64,000 nucleotides of DNA from positions 1,922,001 to 1,986,000 of the forward strand of contig CATNEN010000002.1 in the NCBI GenBank assembly GCA_950097015.1, written 5' to 3'. Both the position numbers and the translations under genes were made by a program. Positions 11,985 to 23,178 of the stretch are shown piece by piece. Under the pieces are notes generated by a model. That model made no database searches, had not been told where the DNA came from, and was given only the letters and a program-made list of their open reading frames with translations. How positions within the stretch are numbered: position 1 is the stretch's first letter; every line of letters starts with the position of its first letter. The DNA comes from Macrostomum hystrix (lineage: Eukaryota; Animalia; Platyhelminthes).

Positions 11985-12418
11985 TATTCAGGGGTGAGAT
12001 CTAAGTTGATTATATTTAGGGATGAGATCTAAGTTGATAATGCTCAGGGGTGAGATCTTAGATGATAGTATTCAGGGGTGAGATCTTAGATAATAATATT
12101 CAGGGGTGAGATTTGAGTTGATAATACTCAGGGGTGAGATCTGATTCGATAATACTCAGGGGTGAGATTTGAGTTGATAATATTCAGGGGTGAGATCTGA
12201 GTTGATAATACTCAGGGGTGAGATTTGAGTTGATAATATTCAAGATTAAGATCTGAGATTATAATATTCAGGGGTGAGATCTGAGTTGATAATATTCAGG
12301 GTTGAGATCTGAGTTGATAATATTCAGGGTTGAGATCTGAGTTGATAATATTCAGGGGCGAGATCTGAGTTGATAATACTCAGGGGCGAGATCTGAGTTA
12401 ATAATATTCAGGGGTGAG
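11985..12418. repeat. 28-bp minisatellite (TCAGGGGTGAGATCTGAGTTGATAATAT) in MLST8 intron 1
   Basis: 28-bp periodicity checked at 12072, 12100 and 12128. Confidence 0.95.
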
Positions 12419-12491
12419 CGGAACAAAAAGCTAGCTGAAAATAGTCATTGTTACTTCCGCTGCTAATCTGAATTCCGAACTGATTGGTCAG

Positions 12492-12752
12492 GTTAATGCT
12501 TTGAGCATCTCCCGAGATCGGCACACCCTGGCTGCTGCAGGTTTTGAGCACATTCGCCTATACGACATCGGCGATCAGCTGTCTACGTCGCCTTCCCTGT
12601 CCTTCGACATTCAGAAAAACGTCACGGCTGTCGGCTTCGACAGTCAGGGCAAGTGGATGTTCAGCGGTGGCGAGGACTGCGTCTGCCGGGTGTGGGACCT
12701 GCGACACGCGCGCGCCGGCCAAGGCGCCAACCCGTGCAGCCGCCTGTTCCAG
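12492..12752 (+). CDS. MLST8: LST8 exon 2
   Basis: VNALSISRDRHTLAAAGFEHIRLYD...KWMFSGGEDCVCRVWDLR...RLFQ; AG/GT boundaries, in frame. Confidence 0.93.
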
Positions 12753-12944
12753 GTGAGACAGTGCTCAGTTAGGATTTCAGAAATTTTGAGTAATTCGGAT
12801 GGCAGGAATTTCGTTATATTTATGATGATATGTAATTATGTGATTTCCAAAGTGTGGGTTTACTTTTCTAAGGGATATCTGAGTTTTGGGATTACATATT
12901 ATTAGATATTATGAGATGAGATTCAGATGTAGAAAATGGTTTAG

Positions 12945-13190
12945 ATAACTGTGAATTTTGGAAATTTTAAAACTGGAATTCCAATGTCACAGTCGAGTAA
13001 TTGTGAATTTTGGGATTTCAAATTTTGTGAATTTCTGTGAATTTTGGGATTTCCAATATTCGGGATAAATGTGAATTGTTGGATTTCATTTTTTATTGCT
13101 GTGAATTTTCGCATTTCCAATATTTGGGATAACTGAATTATAGGATTTCAAAAATTTTTGGGATAGCTGTGAATTATGGGATTTTTCGTG
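12945..13190. repeat. Degenerate tandem repeat (TGTGAATTTTGGGATTTCCAATATT-like) in MLST8 intron 2
   Basis: Recurrent GTGAATT..GGGATTTC motifs. Confidence 0.6.
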
Positions 13191-13235
13191 TTTGCGAAGC
13201 AATAGAGTTGCAAGTAGGAAGTCATTTATTTTCAG

Positions 13236-13625
13236 GTCAACGGTCCAATCACGTCTGTCTGTCTGCATCCCAACCAAATCGAACTATTCGTTGGCGACGC
13301 CACAGGCGCTGTGCACATCTGGGATCTGCGCAACAACCAGAGCTGCTCCCTGGTACCCGACCTAGACGCCAGAATTCAATCTGTGGCTGTCAATCAAGCC
13401 GGGACTCACCTGGCCGCTCTGGCCAATACGGGCAGCTGCTTCATGTGGTCTCTGGCCAGCGCCGTCACCAACGTATCGGGCAGCCAGGCCGTGCCCAAAG
13501 CCCGCATTGCCGCCCACACCGGCTACGGCCTGAGGTGCGCCTTCTCCCCAGACAGCACCCTGCTGGCCACCTGCGGCTCGGACCGGGTCTGCAACGTGTG
13601 GAAGACGTCTGACTATCAGAAACAG
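13236..13625 (+). CDS. MLST8: LST8 exon 3
   Basis: VNGPITSVCLHPNQIELFVGD...AHTGYGLRCAFSPDSTLLATCGSD...; TTTCAG acceptor, CAG|GTGAG donor. Confidence 0.93.
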
Positions 13626-13651
13626 GTGAGCCTTCGCTGCGAACTCGAGTG

Positions 13652-13797
13652 GGGTAGAACAGACTGGTCAGCTTAGGAGTAGAACAGACTGGTCAGCTGA
13701 GGTGGAGAACAGACTGGTCAGCTGGGGGGGGGAGGAACAGACTGGTTAGCTGAGGGGGAGAATAGACTGGTTAGCTGAGGGGGAGAACAGACTGGTC
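13652..13797. repeat. ~21-22 bp minisatellite (GTAGAACAGACTGGTCAGCTGAG), 5' block in MLST8 intron 3
   Basis: Same unit as 18380-18817. Confidence 0.9.
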
Positions 13798-15233
13798 ATA
13801 AATGTTCTGCATAACGTGATACTATAACAAAATATCACGGATTTTTTGGTAATTGATGAATAAGACGTGCACACGAACTGTTAGTTAAATTTTCAAATCA
13901 GGTCACAATATAAATTATAAAATTTATCTAAGAAAGATCTTCCAGTCGATCTATCAATAATGCATGCTCATGCACAAAGTACGCTAAATTAATCGTAACT
14001 ACCAACTGCAAAAAGTATAATAGACCGATTCTCTTCAACTGCTGCCAGCAAGCCGAGAAATTAAAATGTTGCGAAAGCATTGCACCGTCCTTTTCTTGTT
14101 AACAAAAAGCTGCCAATTGTTTTACGCAGTATACGTGCAGCTTATATACTTTGTTCAAATTGACGTATCATTACTATTATTTAGAAGCATTAGAATGCGT
14201 AATTCAATTCGTGAGAGAATTTGCCAGCCTAAGACAACCAGTACTAGTACTGCAGTGCGCTAAAATGAATAGTGTAGGTGCTGCTGCTTCTTCCTCTGCA
14301 ATGACAATTGAAAATCTGAAAGGGTTAAGAGTTGAGTAGACACAATTTGCTATTCACCAAAAAGATGTTTTACTTTTAAGCTTCATTAAACAAAACTAAA
14401 CGTCTTGATATAGGACACAGTAACTGTCTTGCTTTGCTGGGCCTTAGGAAGAGCTCGTTGTTGGCCTTCATTTCGTGGGCCGAGCCCTCCATGAAGCACC
14501 TCGTGGAGGCGCAGGCATTGCTTCCCCCCACATGAGGGGTAACTATCTCGCTCACTGAAGGGATCAGTCCTGCACTTACAGGTTGAGAACTGTGCTTAGA
14601 TTTCCGCTCCAGCCAAAAATCTGGTTTTGTAACTTTATAACGCTGTTACTATTGGAGCTGCTGGAGTCATATACTAATTTTAATCAGGCAGAGATAAGAA
14701 CGGGGATATTGGACGGCCCTGTAGATATTGTAAGAATGTGCAATAAACACGGCATAAATTTATATAAACAAGAGAACTGTAAGACGGACGACAAAACTCG
14801 AAACTTAAAAGGCAACAGGAAAGCGTTTATCAGAGAGAATATGTTTACCTTTGTCCGTACAGAAAAGGCGCAGATGTCACTGACCGACGCATTGCAACTT
14901 CATAAGTCCATAACAGGGTTGAAGCGACTTTGCCACTCACTGATGATTCATTGTGAGTTGATCACGTCGTGACTCTACAACAGGATCGAGGCTTTGTTGC
15001 CCTTCGATGAATTAGACTGAGTGTGATTTTATAAGTCTTCAACAGGTGTGAGGCTTTTCGCCAATCGCCTTTGATGAATAGCAACACTGTAAACGCTTTA
15101 GACAACCCACTGCAGCATGCTCAAGCGAGTGCTAGATAGACGTCAGTCTTAAAAAAAGAAGGCTGCTTTAGACACAGGAGCTTTTGGAACCATGCCACAG
15201 CATCTGTCTAAGACACCCAGCTGTGTCCCCCAA

Positions 15234-18005
15234 ATAACTAATGTCCCCTCAGCAGCAGAGAACTAATGTCCCATCAGTAGCAGAGAACTAATGCTCCCCC
15301 AGCAGTAAATAACTAATGTCCTCCAAACAACAGAGAACTAATGTCACCCCAGCAGCAGAGAACTAATGTCACCTCAGCAGCAGAGAACTAATGTCCCATC
15401 AGTAGCAGAGATCTAATGTCCCCTCAGCAGCAGAGAACTAATGTCCCATCAGTAGCAGAGAACTGATGCTCCCCCAGCAGTAAATAACTAATGTCCTCCA
15501 AACAACAGAGAACTAATGTCACCCCAGCAGCAGAGAACTAATGTCACCTCAGCAGCAGAGAACTAATGTCACCTCAGCAGCAGAGAACTAATGTCACCTC
15601 AGCGGCAGAGAACTAATGTCCCATCAGTAGCAGAGATCTAATGTCCCCTCAGCAGCAGAGAACTAATGTCCCATCAGTAGCAGAGAACTGATGCTCCCCC
15701 AGCAGTAAATAACTAATGTCCTCCAAACAACAGAGAACTAATGTCACCCCAGCAGCAGAGAACTAATGTCACCTCAGCAGCAGAGAACTAATGTCACCTC
15801 AGCAGCAGAGAACTAATGTCACCTCAGCAGCAGAGAACTAATGTCACCTCAGCGGCAGAGAACTAATGTCACCTCAGCAGCAGAGAACTAATGTCACCTC
15901 AGCGGCAGAGAACTAATGTCCCATCAGTAGCAGAGAACTGATGCTCCCCCAGCAGTAAATAACTAATGTCCTCCAAACAACAGAGAACTAATGTCACCCC
16001 AGCAGCAGAGAACTAATGTCCCCTCAGCAGCAGAGAACTAATGTCCCATCAGTAGCAGAGAACTGATGCTCCCCCAGCAGTAAATAACTAATGTCCTCCA
16101 AACAGCAGAGAACTAATGTCACCTCAGCAGCAGAGAACTAATGTCACCTCAGCAGCAGAGAACTAATGTCACCTCAGCAGCAGAGAACTAATGTCACCTC
16201 AGCGGCAGAGAACTAATGTCCCATCAGTAGCAGAGAACTGATGCTCCCCCAGCAGTAAATAACTAATGTCCTCCAAACAACAGAGAACTAATGTCACCCC
16301 AGCAGCAGAGAACTAATGTCACCTCAGCAGCAGAGAACTAATGTCACCTCAGCAGCAGAGAACTAATGTCACCTCAGCGGCAGAGAACTAATGTCCCATC
16401 AGTAGCAGAGAACTGATGCTCCCCCAGCAGTAAATAACTAATGTCCTCCAAACAACAGAGAACTAATGTCACCTCAGCAGCAGAGAACTAATGTCACCTC
16501 AGCAGCAGAGAACTAATGTCACCTCAGCAGCAGAGAACTAATGTCACCTCAGCGGCAGAGAACTAATGTCCCATCAGTAGCAGAGAACTGATGCTCCCCC
16601 AGCAGTAAATAACTAATGTCCTCCAAACAACAGAGAACTAATGTCACCCCAGCAGCAGAGAACTAATGTCACCTCAGCAGCAGAGAACTAATGTCACCTC
16701 AGCAGCAGAGAACTAATGTCACCTCAGCGGCAGAGAACTAATGTCCCATCAGTAGCAGAGAACTGATGCTCCCCCAGCAGTAAATAACTAATGTCCTCCA
16801 AACAACAGAGAACTAATGTCACCCCAGCAGCAGAGAACTAATGTCACCTCAGCAGCAGAGAACTAATGTCACCCCAGCAGCAGAGAACTAATGTCACCTC
16901 AGCAGCAGAGAACTAATGTCACCTCAGCGGCAGAGAACTAATGTCACCTCAGCAGCAGAGAACTAATGTCACCTCAGCAGCAGAGAACTAATGTCCCCTC
17001 AGCAGCAGAGAACTAATGTCCCCTCAGCAGCAGAGAACTAATGTCACCTCAGCAGTAAATAACTAATGTCCTCCAAACAGCAGAGAACTAATGTCCCATC
17101 AGTAGCAGAGAACTAATGTCCCATCAGTAGCAGAGAACTGATGCTCCCCCAGCAGTAAATAACTAATGTCCTCCAAACAACAGAGAACTAATGTCACCTC
17201 AGCGGCAGAGAACTAATGTCACCTCAGCAGCAGAGAACTAATGTCCCCTCAGCAGCAGAGAACTAATGTCCCATCAGTAGCAGAGAACTGATGCTCCCCC
17301 AGCAGTAAATAACTAATGTCCTCCAAACAACAGAGAACTAATGTCACCTCAGCGGCAGAGAACTAATGTCACCTCAGCAGCAGAGAACTAATGTCCCCTC
17401 AGCAGCAGAGAACTAATGTCCCATCAGTAGCAGAGAACTGATGCTCCCCCAGCAGTAAATAACTAATGTCCTCCAAACAACAGAGAACTAATGTCACCTC
17501 AGCAGCAGAGAACTAATGTCACCTCAGCAGCAGAGAACTAATGTCACCTCAGCGGCAGAGAACTAATGTCACCTCAGCAGCAGAGAACTAATGTCCCCTC
17601 AGCAGCAGAGAACTAATGTCCCATCAGTAGCAGAGAACTGATGCTCCCCCAGCAGTAAATAACTAATGTCCTCCAAACAACAGAGAACTAATGTCACCCC
17701 AGCAGCAGAGAACTAATGTCACCTCAGCAGCAGAGAACTAATGTCACCTCAGCAGCAGAGAACTAATGTCACCCCAGCAGCAGAGAACTAATGTCACCTC
17801 AGCAGCAGAGAACTAATGTCACCTCAGCGGCAGAGAACTAATGTCACCTCAGCAGCAGAGAACTAATGTCCCCTCAGCAGCAGAGAACTAATGTCCCATC
17901 AGTAGCAGAGAACTGATGCTCCCCCAGCAGTAAATAACTAATGTCCTCCAAACAACAGAGAACTAATGTCACCTCAGCGGCAGAGAACTAATGTCCCATC
18001 AGTAG
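15234..18005. repeat. 25-bp minisatellite (CAGAGAACTAATGTCACCTCAGCAG), ~110 units, with a 175-bp higher-order repeat
   Basis: The variant unit TAAATAACTAATGTCCTCCAAACAA recurs at 16081, 16256, 16431, 16606 and 16781 (7 x 25 bp). Confidence 0.97.
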
Positions 18006-18379
18006 CCAATAACCAATGTCCAATATGTACGTTTTACTTATTCAAATCAAATCACTCAATCAGCCAAGAGACAAATTTATAATCGCACGTACGGGTGCTA
18101 AAAGCAGTGACGCAATTCTATTCAATTGAGAGTATCGGGCCCTGTTCTGTGCTATACCAATGCACGCGCGGGCGAGAAAAAGCACCGGTGCAATCTAATA
18201 AAACTGACAGTGTCCGGCACTATTTTAATTTAACATTGTTTGGCCTCCTTCCTATTAAAGGCAATTGGAGAACTCGTTTTTTCGAATATTTAATACCCTT
18301 GGCATTGAGATAAAATTATGAAATTTGATCAGTCTAGTCCTTTACTTGGCACTATTTCGTCTAAATAGGAAAAAATTGG

Positions 18380-18817
18380 GGTAGAACAGACTGGTCAGCT
18401 GAGTGGTAGAACAGACTGGTCAGCTGAGGGGTAGAACAGACTGGTCAGCTGAGTGGTAGAACAGACTGGTCAGCTGAGTGGTAGAACAGACTGGTCAGCT
18501 GAGTGGTAGAACAGACTGGTCAGCTGAGTGGTAGAACAGACTGGTCAGCTGAGTGGTAGCACAGACTGGTCAGCTGAGTGGTAGAACAGACTGGTCAGCT
18601 GAGGGGTAGAACAGACTGGTCAGCTGGGGGGGAGAACAGACTGGTCAGCTGGGGGGGAGGAACAGACTGGTCAGCTGGGGGAGGAGGAACAGACTGGTCA
18701 GCTGGGGGGGAGAACAGACTGGTCAGCTGGGGGGGAGAACAGACTGGTCAGCTGAGGGGTAGAACAGACTGGTCAGCTGAGTAGTAGAACAGACTGGTCA
18801 GCTGAGGGGTAGAACAG
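18380..18817. repeat. ~21-22 bp minisatellite, 3' block in MLST8 intron 3
   Basis: Tandem GTAGAACAGACTGGTCAGCTGAG units. Confidence 0.95.
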
Positions 18818-18850
18818 CAAATCATATTTCCAAATGGCATTCACCGGCAG

Positions 18851-19084
18851 GTCGAGCTGTCTGGCGCTGAGAAATGGGTCTGGGATTGCGCATTCTCTGC
18901 CGACTCCGAGTTCGTGGTGACAGTTTCATCTGACGGCTGCGCCAGGCTCTACTCCCTTGAGAACGGGGCCAAGCCCAGGCGAGAATACCGCAGCTCAGCT
19001 AAATCGGCTAGTCACGGCGCCTCCTCTGCCAAGCCAATGACCTGTCTGGCATTTGTGGACGATACCCTTGCCGATGATTCTTAA
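18851..19084 (+). CDS. MLST8: LST8 exon 4 (last); not in the ORF track
   Basis: Manual translation VELSGAEKWVWDCAFSADSEFVVTVSSDGCARLYSLE...MTCLAFVDDTLADDS* matches the last LST8 WD repeat; GCAG acceptor. Total 331 aa. Confidence 0.9.
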   Translation, partial: VELSGAEKWVWDCAFSADSEFVVTVSSDGCARLYSLENGAKPRREYRSSAKSASHGASSAKPMTCLAFVDDTLADDS

Positions 19085-19589
19085 TTGTTAAGGCATTTTT
19101 ATTGTGGTTACGTTGCCGATATGTATAGAAAAAATCAAATGTCATCCTTTATAGTTTTCTGAGTTTTTTTAACAGAAGTCCGATATGTAACGAAAAATCA
19201 ATTTGAAAATATATGTTCTTTTTTCAGTAACGATTTTAATTCCTTAACGTGTCCGATATGTATTGAAAAACAGCAAATGCATAGCACATCATATCTATAT
19301 ATTAATTATATTTTATCATAGTAACATCTGCATGGCTAAATGTTTAATGTAAAAACAGATTACTACATTATACTACTTAGTATATAGGATTCTATATAAC
19401 ATCGCTTATTGTTCAATATTCTTCAACCTTTGTCTTTCAATCTGTTCTAATCTAGTTCTAATCTAGTAAAATTGCTTGCATTCTGTGTCAGAAAACAATG
19501 TGTACTAATTAGTTGATTGTATTCAAATGCATCGTTGGTTTTGTTGTTTTTTCTTCTACATTTTTAAAGCTACGTAGTTAGTTGACAAG

Positions 19590-19990
19590 GAGTTGAGGTT
19601 GGGACAAAAATAGGGTGGGGAGAAGACGGGAGGCGGGAGAAGACATGGGGTGGAAGAAGACAGGGAGGGTGAGAAAGGACAGGCAGGGTGGGAGAAGACA
19701 GGGAGGGTAAGAAAGGACAGGCAGGGTGGGAGAAGACAGGCAGGGTGGGACAAGACAGGCAGTGTGGGAGAAGACAGGCAGGGTGGGGAGAAGACAGGCA
19801 GGGTGGGAGAAGACAGGAAGTGTGGGAGAAGACAGGCAGTGTGGGAGAAGACAGGCAGTGTGGGAGAAGACAGGCAGGGTGGGAGAAGACAGGAAGTGTG
19901 GGAGAAGACAGGCAGTGTGGGAGAAGACAGGCAGTGTGGGAGAAGACAGGCAGTGTGGGAGAACACAGGCAGTGTGGGAGAAGACAGGTA
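19590..19990. repeat. ~19-21 bp purine-rich minisatellite (GGGAGAAGACAGGCAGTGT)
   Basis: Tandem units. Confidence 0.93.
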
Positions 19991-20499
19991 GGGTTGAAGA
20001 ATGAGGTTGCAGAAAATATGATAATTATTAGATAATCTGAAAAAAGTACTTAAACAGTTGATGGACAAGCGGTTATCACGGACGTCTGTCCTAGCGACAT
20101 TATTGATGAAATACTTGTAAAAATAGATTTAATCTAGTCTAGATTTTTGTCGCAAATTATCGCGTGTGGTTAACAGCTCATTTCTCTTGTTAAATAATAC
20201 AGACATCTAGCTGTCTTAGGATTAGTCGATGCACTCATCCAAGCTCTCTCCGTGTCTCTGCTTCTATGTGCTCTGTTTCACTCGCTAAGCACTTGGCAGT
20301 TTAACCCGATTCATTAATCATCTCGAGTCTAACTGCTGAAGACATGTGCTCATTTGCCCCCGTGTACTCATGCTCTGCCGGTTCTGCTGTTTTTAATCAT
20401 CTGCTCTGTCTACAGGGTTTCTTTTCCACGAGATTGCTTAATTATTAATTTCTACTTGATTTCTTATTAACGTTAATATCTATACATATCTCCTCTATA

Positions 20500-20990
20500 A
20501 CTTCAGTCTCATCTCTTTTCCTCTGCTGCTTATCCTATTCTCCTCTTCCATCCTCCCTGTCCTCTCCTCTCCTCTCCTCCCTTTCCACTTCTCTTCTCTC
20601 CTCTATTCCCCTCTCCCCTTCTTTCATCTCATCTCCTCTCCCATCCACTCTTCCCCTTTCCTATTCTCTCCTGTCCTCTCATCTCTTTTCTCCGCTTCTC
20701 TCTTTCTCTCCCCTTCTCTACTTTACTCTTCTCATCTGTCCTCTCCTGTCCTCTCCACTTCACTCCTCTCCTCTCATTTTTTGTCCTCTTCTGTCCTCTC
20801 CTTTCCTCTCCTTTCCTCTTCTCCCCCTTCTCTCCTCTCCTCTCCCCTCCTCTCCTCTCCTCTCCTCTCCACCTCTGCTCAATTCTTCTATCTCTTATCT
20901 GTTCAATTTTCTCTCCTTTATTCTCTATTCTCTTCTGTCTTCTTCTTTTCTCTCTCGTCTTTTCGCTATTTTCTCCTTTCTCCTCTTCTC
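20500..20990. repeat. CT-rich low-complexity polypyrimidine tract
   Basis: Almost pure C/T on the + strand. Confidence 0.9.
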
Positions 20991-21516
20991 TCCTGGAGTT
21001 GATATGGAGTTGAAATGCAGTCATTAGTAATTGTAGCAGGTTTCACTATAATCTAATTAGATTTCTCCATATTTTATAATGACCATATGGCCATTTTTTA
21101 TTTTCACAGTCAGTTCAGTGGCACTTTTCGATTTCCCATCTCAACCTCATCCCATGTGTGCTCACTCTTTCCTCATTCCACCCTCTCCTCCACCCGCAGC
21201 CTCACACTCTTCTGAGTCCTTTAGCGTAAATAGTTATATTTTTCTCGCTGGTCATTCCTGCACTCTTAAATAAGGCTATTTCAATAAAACACTTATAGAC
21301 AGAATATTATGTTTCCCATAGTGTAAAACTATCAGACGGAATGAAATTAATAATCAGTGAATTGTGCCTCTGCGTGGTGTGTTCCGTGCAACCCAAGCCA
21401 CTCGAAACCTTTCGACTTATTTGTGTCATTTTATTAGTCTTTAAAAAGAAAATAGATAAGTTTTTTGTCTTCGATTTCCTGCCCAAGTTTTCGTATTGAG
21501 TTTCGGTGAGCTTATT

Positions 21517-21660
21517 GACTGACTGACTGACTGACTGACTGACTGACTGACTGACTGACTGACTGACTGACTGACTGACTGACTGACTGACTGACTGACT
21601 GACTGACTGACTGACTGACTGGCTGACTGACTGACTGGCTGACTGACTGACTGACTGACT
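21517..21660. repeat. (GACT)n microsatellite, ~36 units
   Basis: Read directly. Confidence 0.98.
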
Positions 21661-22399
21661 GTAGGATTAGCCGAAGGATTAGAATGCAATATAATATAGC
21701 GAACACTTAAGCTTGAGCTCTTCTAGAAGAGGCTGGGGTAGAGAGTGAGTAGTAAGGAAACGCAGACTAAGGCAAGTTGCTGCATGACCAGTAGAGTTTA
21801 ACTAGCCACTGTGCTACTATCGCTGTCTGCCCCACTGAATTTGTGTGTCAAGCTTTAGAATGTACTTTTAGCTTGCTCAAAATTGCGTTTGACTCTTCGA
21901 CTCGCCCGGGACTCGGCACACTCTTTGCCGAGATAGAGCAAAAGTTTTTTGTTGCTAGGCAGAATCAGAAAAGAGAATTATCAAAATTTGAGCAGCAAAG
22001 TCGACTCATTTTCTTGTCCAGGCACCGAGCACGTGAATGCTTGTTGGAGGCTTTTGTCTTTGATAGCGGCTGTTTGATGTATGCTGATGTAGCAACGTGA
22101 CCTTTTGAGCTGGGAATATGAGGAAGATAGCCAGGTTATTAGTGCCATCAGCTCAGGTTTGGCAGTGCGCTTTTTACCTTGTTGAAATTTGACTCAGAAT
22201 GAGGACTGCGTGCTTCCTTTTGATGGAAAATGGGAAATTAGGACGTAATTCAATAAAATCAGGCCGGATGTGCAGCCGACAGCACAGCCGCAGCTATTGC
22301 ACCGCATCTGAAGGCTGCGTACGGCTGTTCAGTCCATGGACTGGGGGGACGCCACACCCACCCTCAATAACCCCAGCTAATGCTGGTACACGTTGGTAA

Positions 22400-22498
22400 C
22401 TCTAAGGCAGTGCAGAGTTAAGTGTATTGCTAACGAAGTCGAGAATCGAACCCCCTGACCTTCAAGTCGTTAGTCCACGCTCTAACCACGAGGCTACA
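22400..22498 (-). mobile_element. tRNA-derived SINE head (A and B boxes)
   Basis: The minus strand reads TGTAGCCTCGTGGTTAGAGCG...GGTTCGATTCTCG and shows no complete acceptor stem. A weak relative lies at ~8876-8922 (+). Confidence 0.55.
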
Positions 22499-23178
22499 AC
22501 CTTGGGACTTAGTTAGTATCAAAATTGCGAATTAGTTATCAAAGTCATTGGGAAGAGATTTTTTGTAAATGTTAAATTCGCAGTTCAATGTCAGAGCTGG
22601 TTGTTGTCGAATTGTTTTTAAAAGGCTTGTTCTAAGTCAGACTATATATAGATTTGTGTTTGCTGCTTCTGCTGCTGCTTCTAATGCACTTTTGTAATGT
22701 AAGTCGCCTGACGCGGTCATTTTCAAGGGCGCTTTGTCATGACTCTGAGAGTCAAGGATTCAGACCCGACTGCATTCTCAATCAATGCCTGAGCCAACAC
22801 TCCCCCTCCCAGATGAAAGGCTTCACAGATTTCCCAAACTCCTCAGCATGCTCTCCTTCATCATCTTCTCTCCTCTCTCATCCTTCCTCGGCTGAGCAGT
22901 TCGGAAGCTTCTCTCCTTTTAGGCATAGAGGATTAGCGTTAATCCTAGTTGGTCAGCTGCAGCCGAGCCTATCCTAGAATGTGTCTCCGGACAATGCCCT
23001 GCTCTGCCTAATCCCAGCTTGTTTCTCTCGCTGCCATTTCAGCTGCTAGCACAGCCGTTGCCGGCTCTGCCAGTTCTGAGGCCTGCGGACTCGAGTGACT
23101 CAAAAAGACTAACGGAATAACTTACATTATAAAACTATTGAGTTTGAGTCCATCTCAACCAGGGGCCGGTCGAGCCTC

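Noticed and set aside
14583-14972. ORF with NQAEIRTGILDGP, faintly like the Chapaev/CMC transposase motif SEAKIKEGIFVGP
   Set aside because: Only one short, weak motif and no other catalytic motifs; it would need an HMM search.
21430-21710. (GACT)n tract as part of a Helentron/DINE-like element
   Set aside because: The sub-TIRs and 3' stem-loop could not be identified.
22435-22498. Possible tRNA gene
   Set aside because: A and B boxes are present but there is no complete cloverleaf or acceptor stem; treated as a SINE head.
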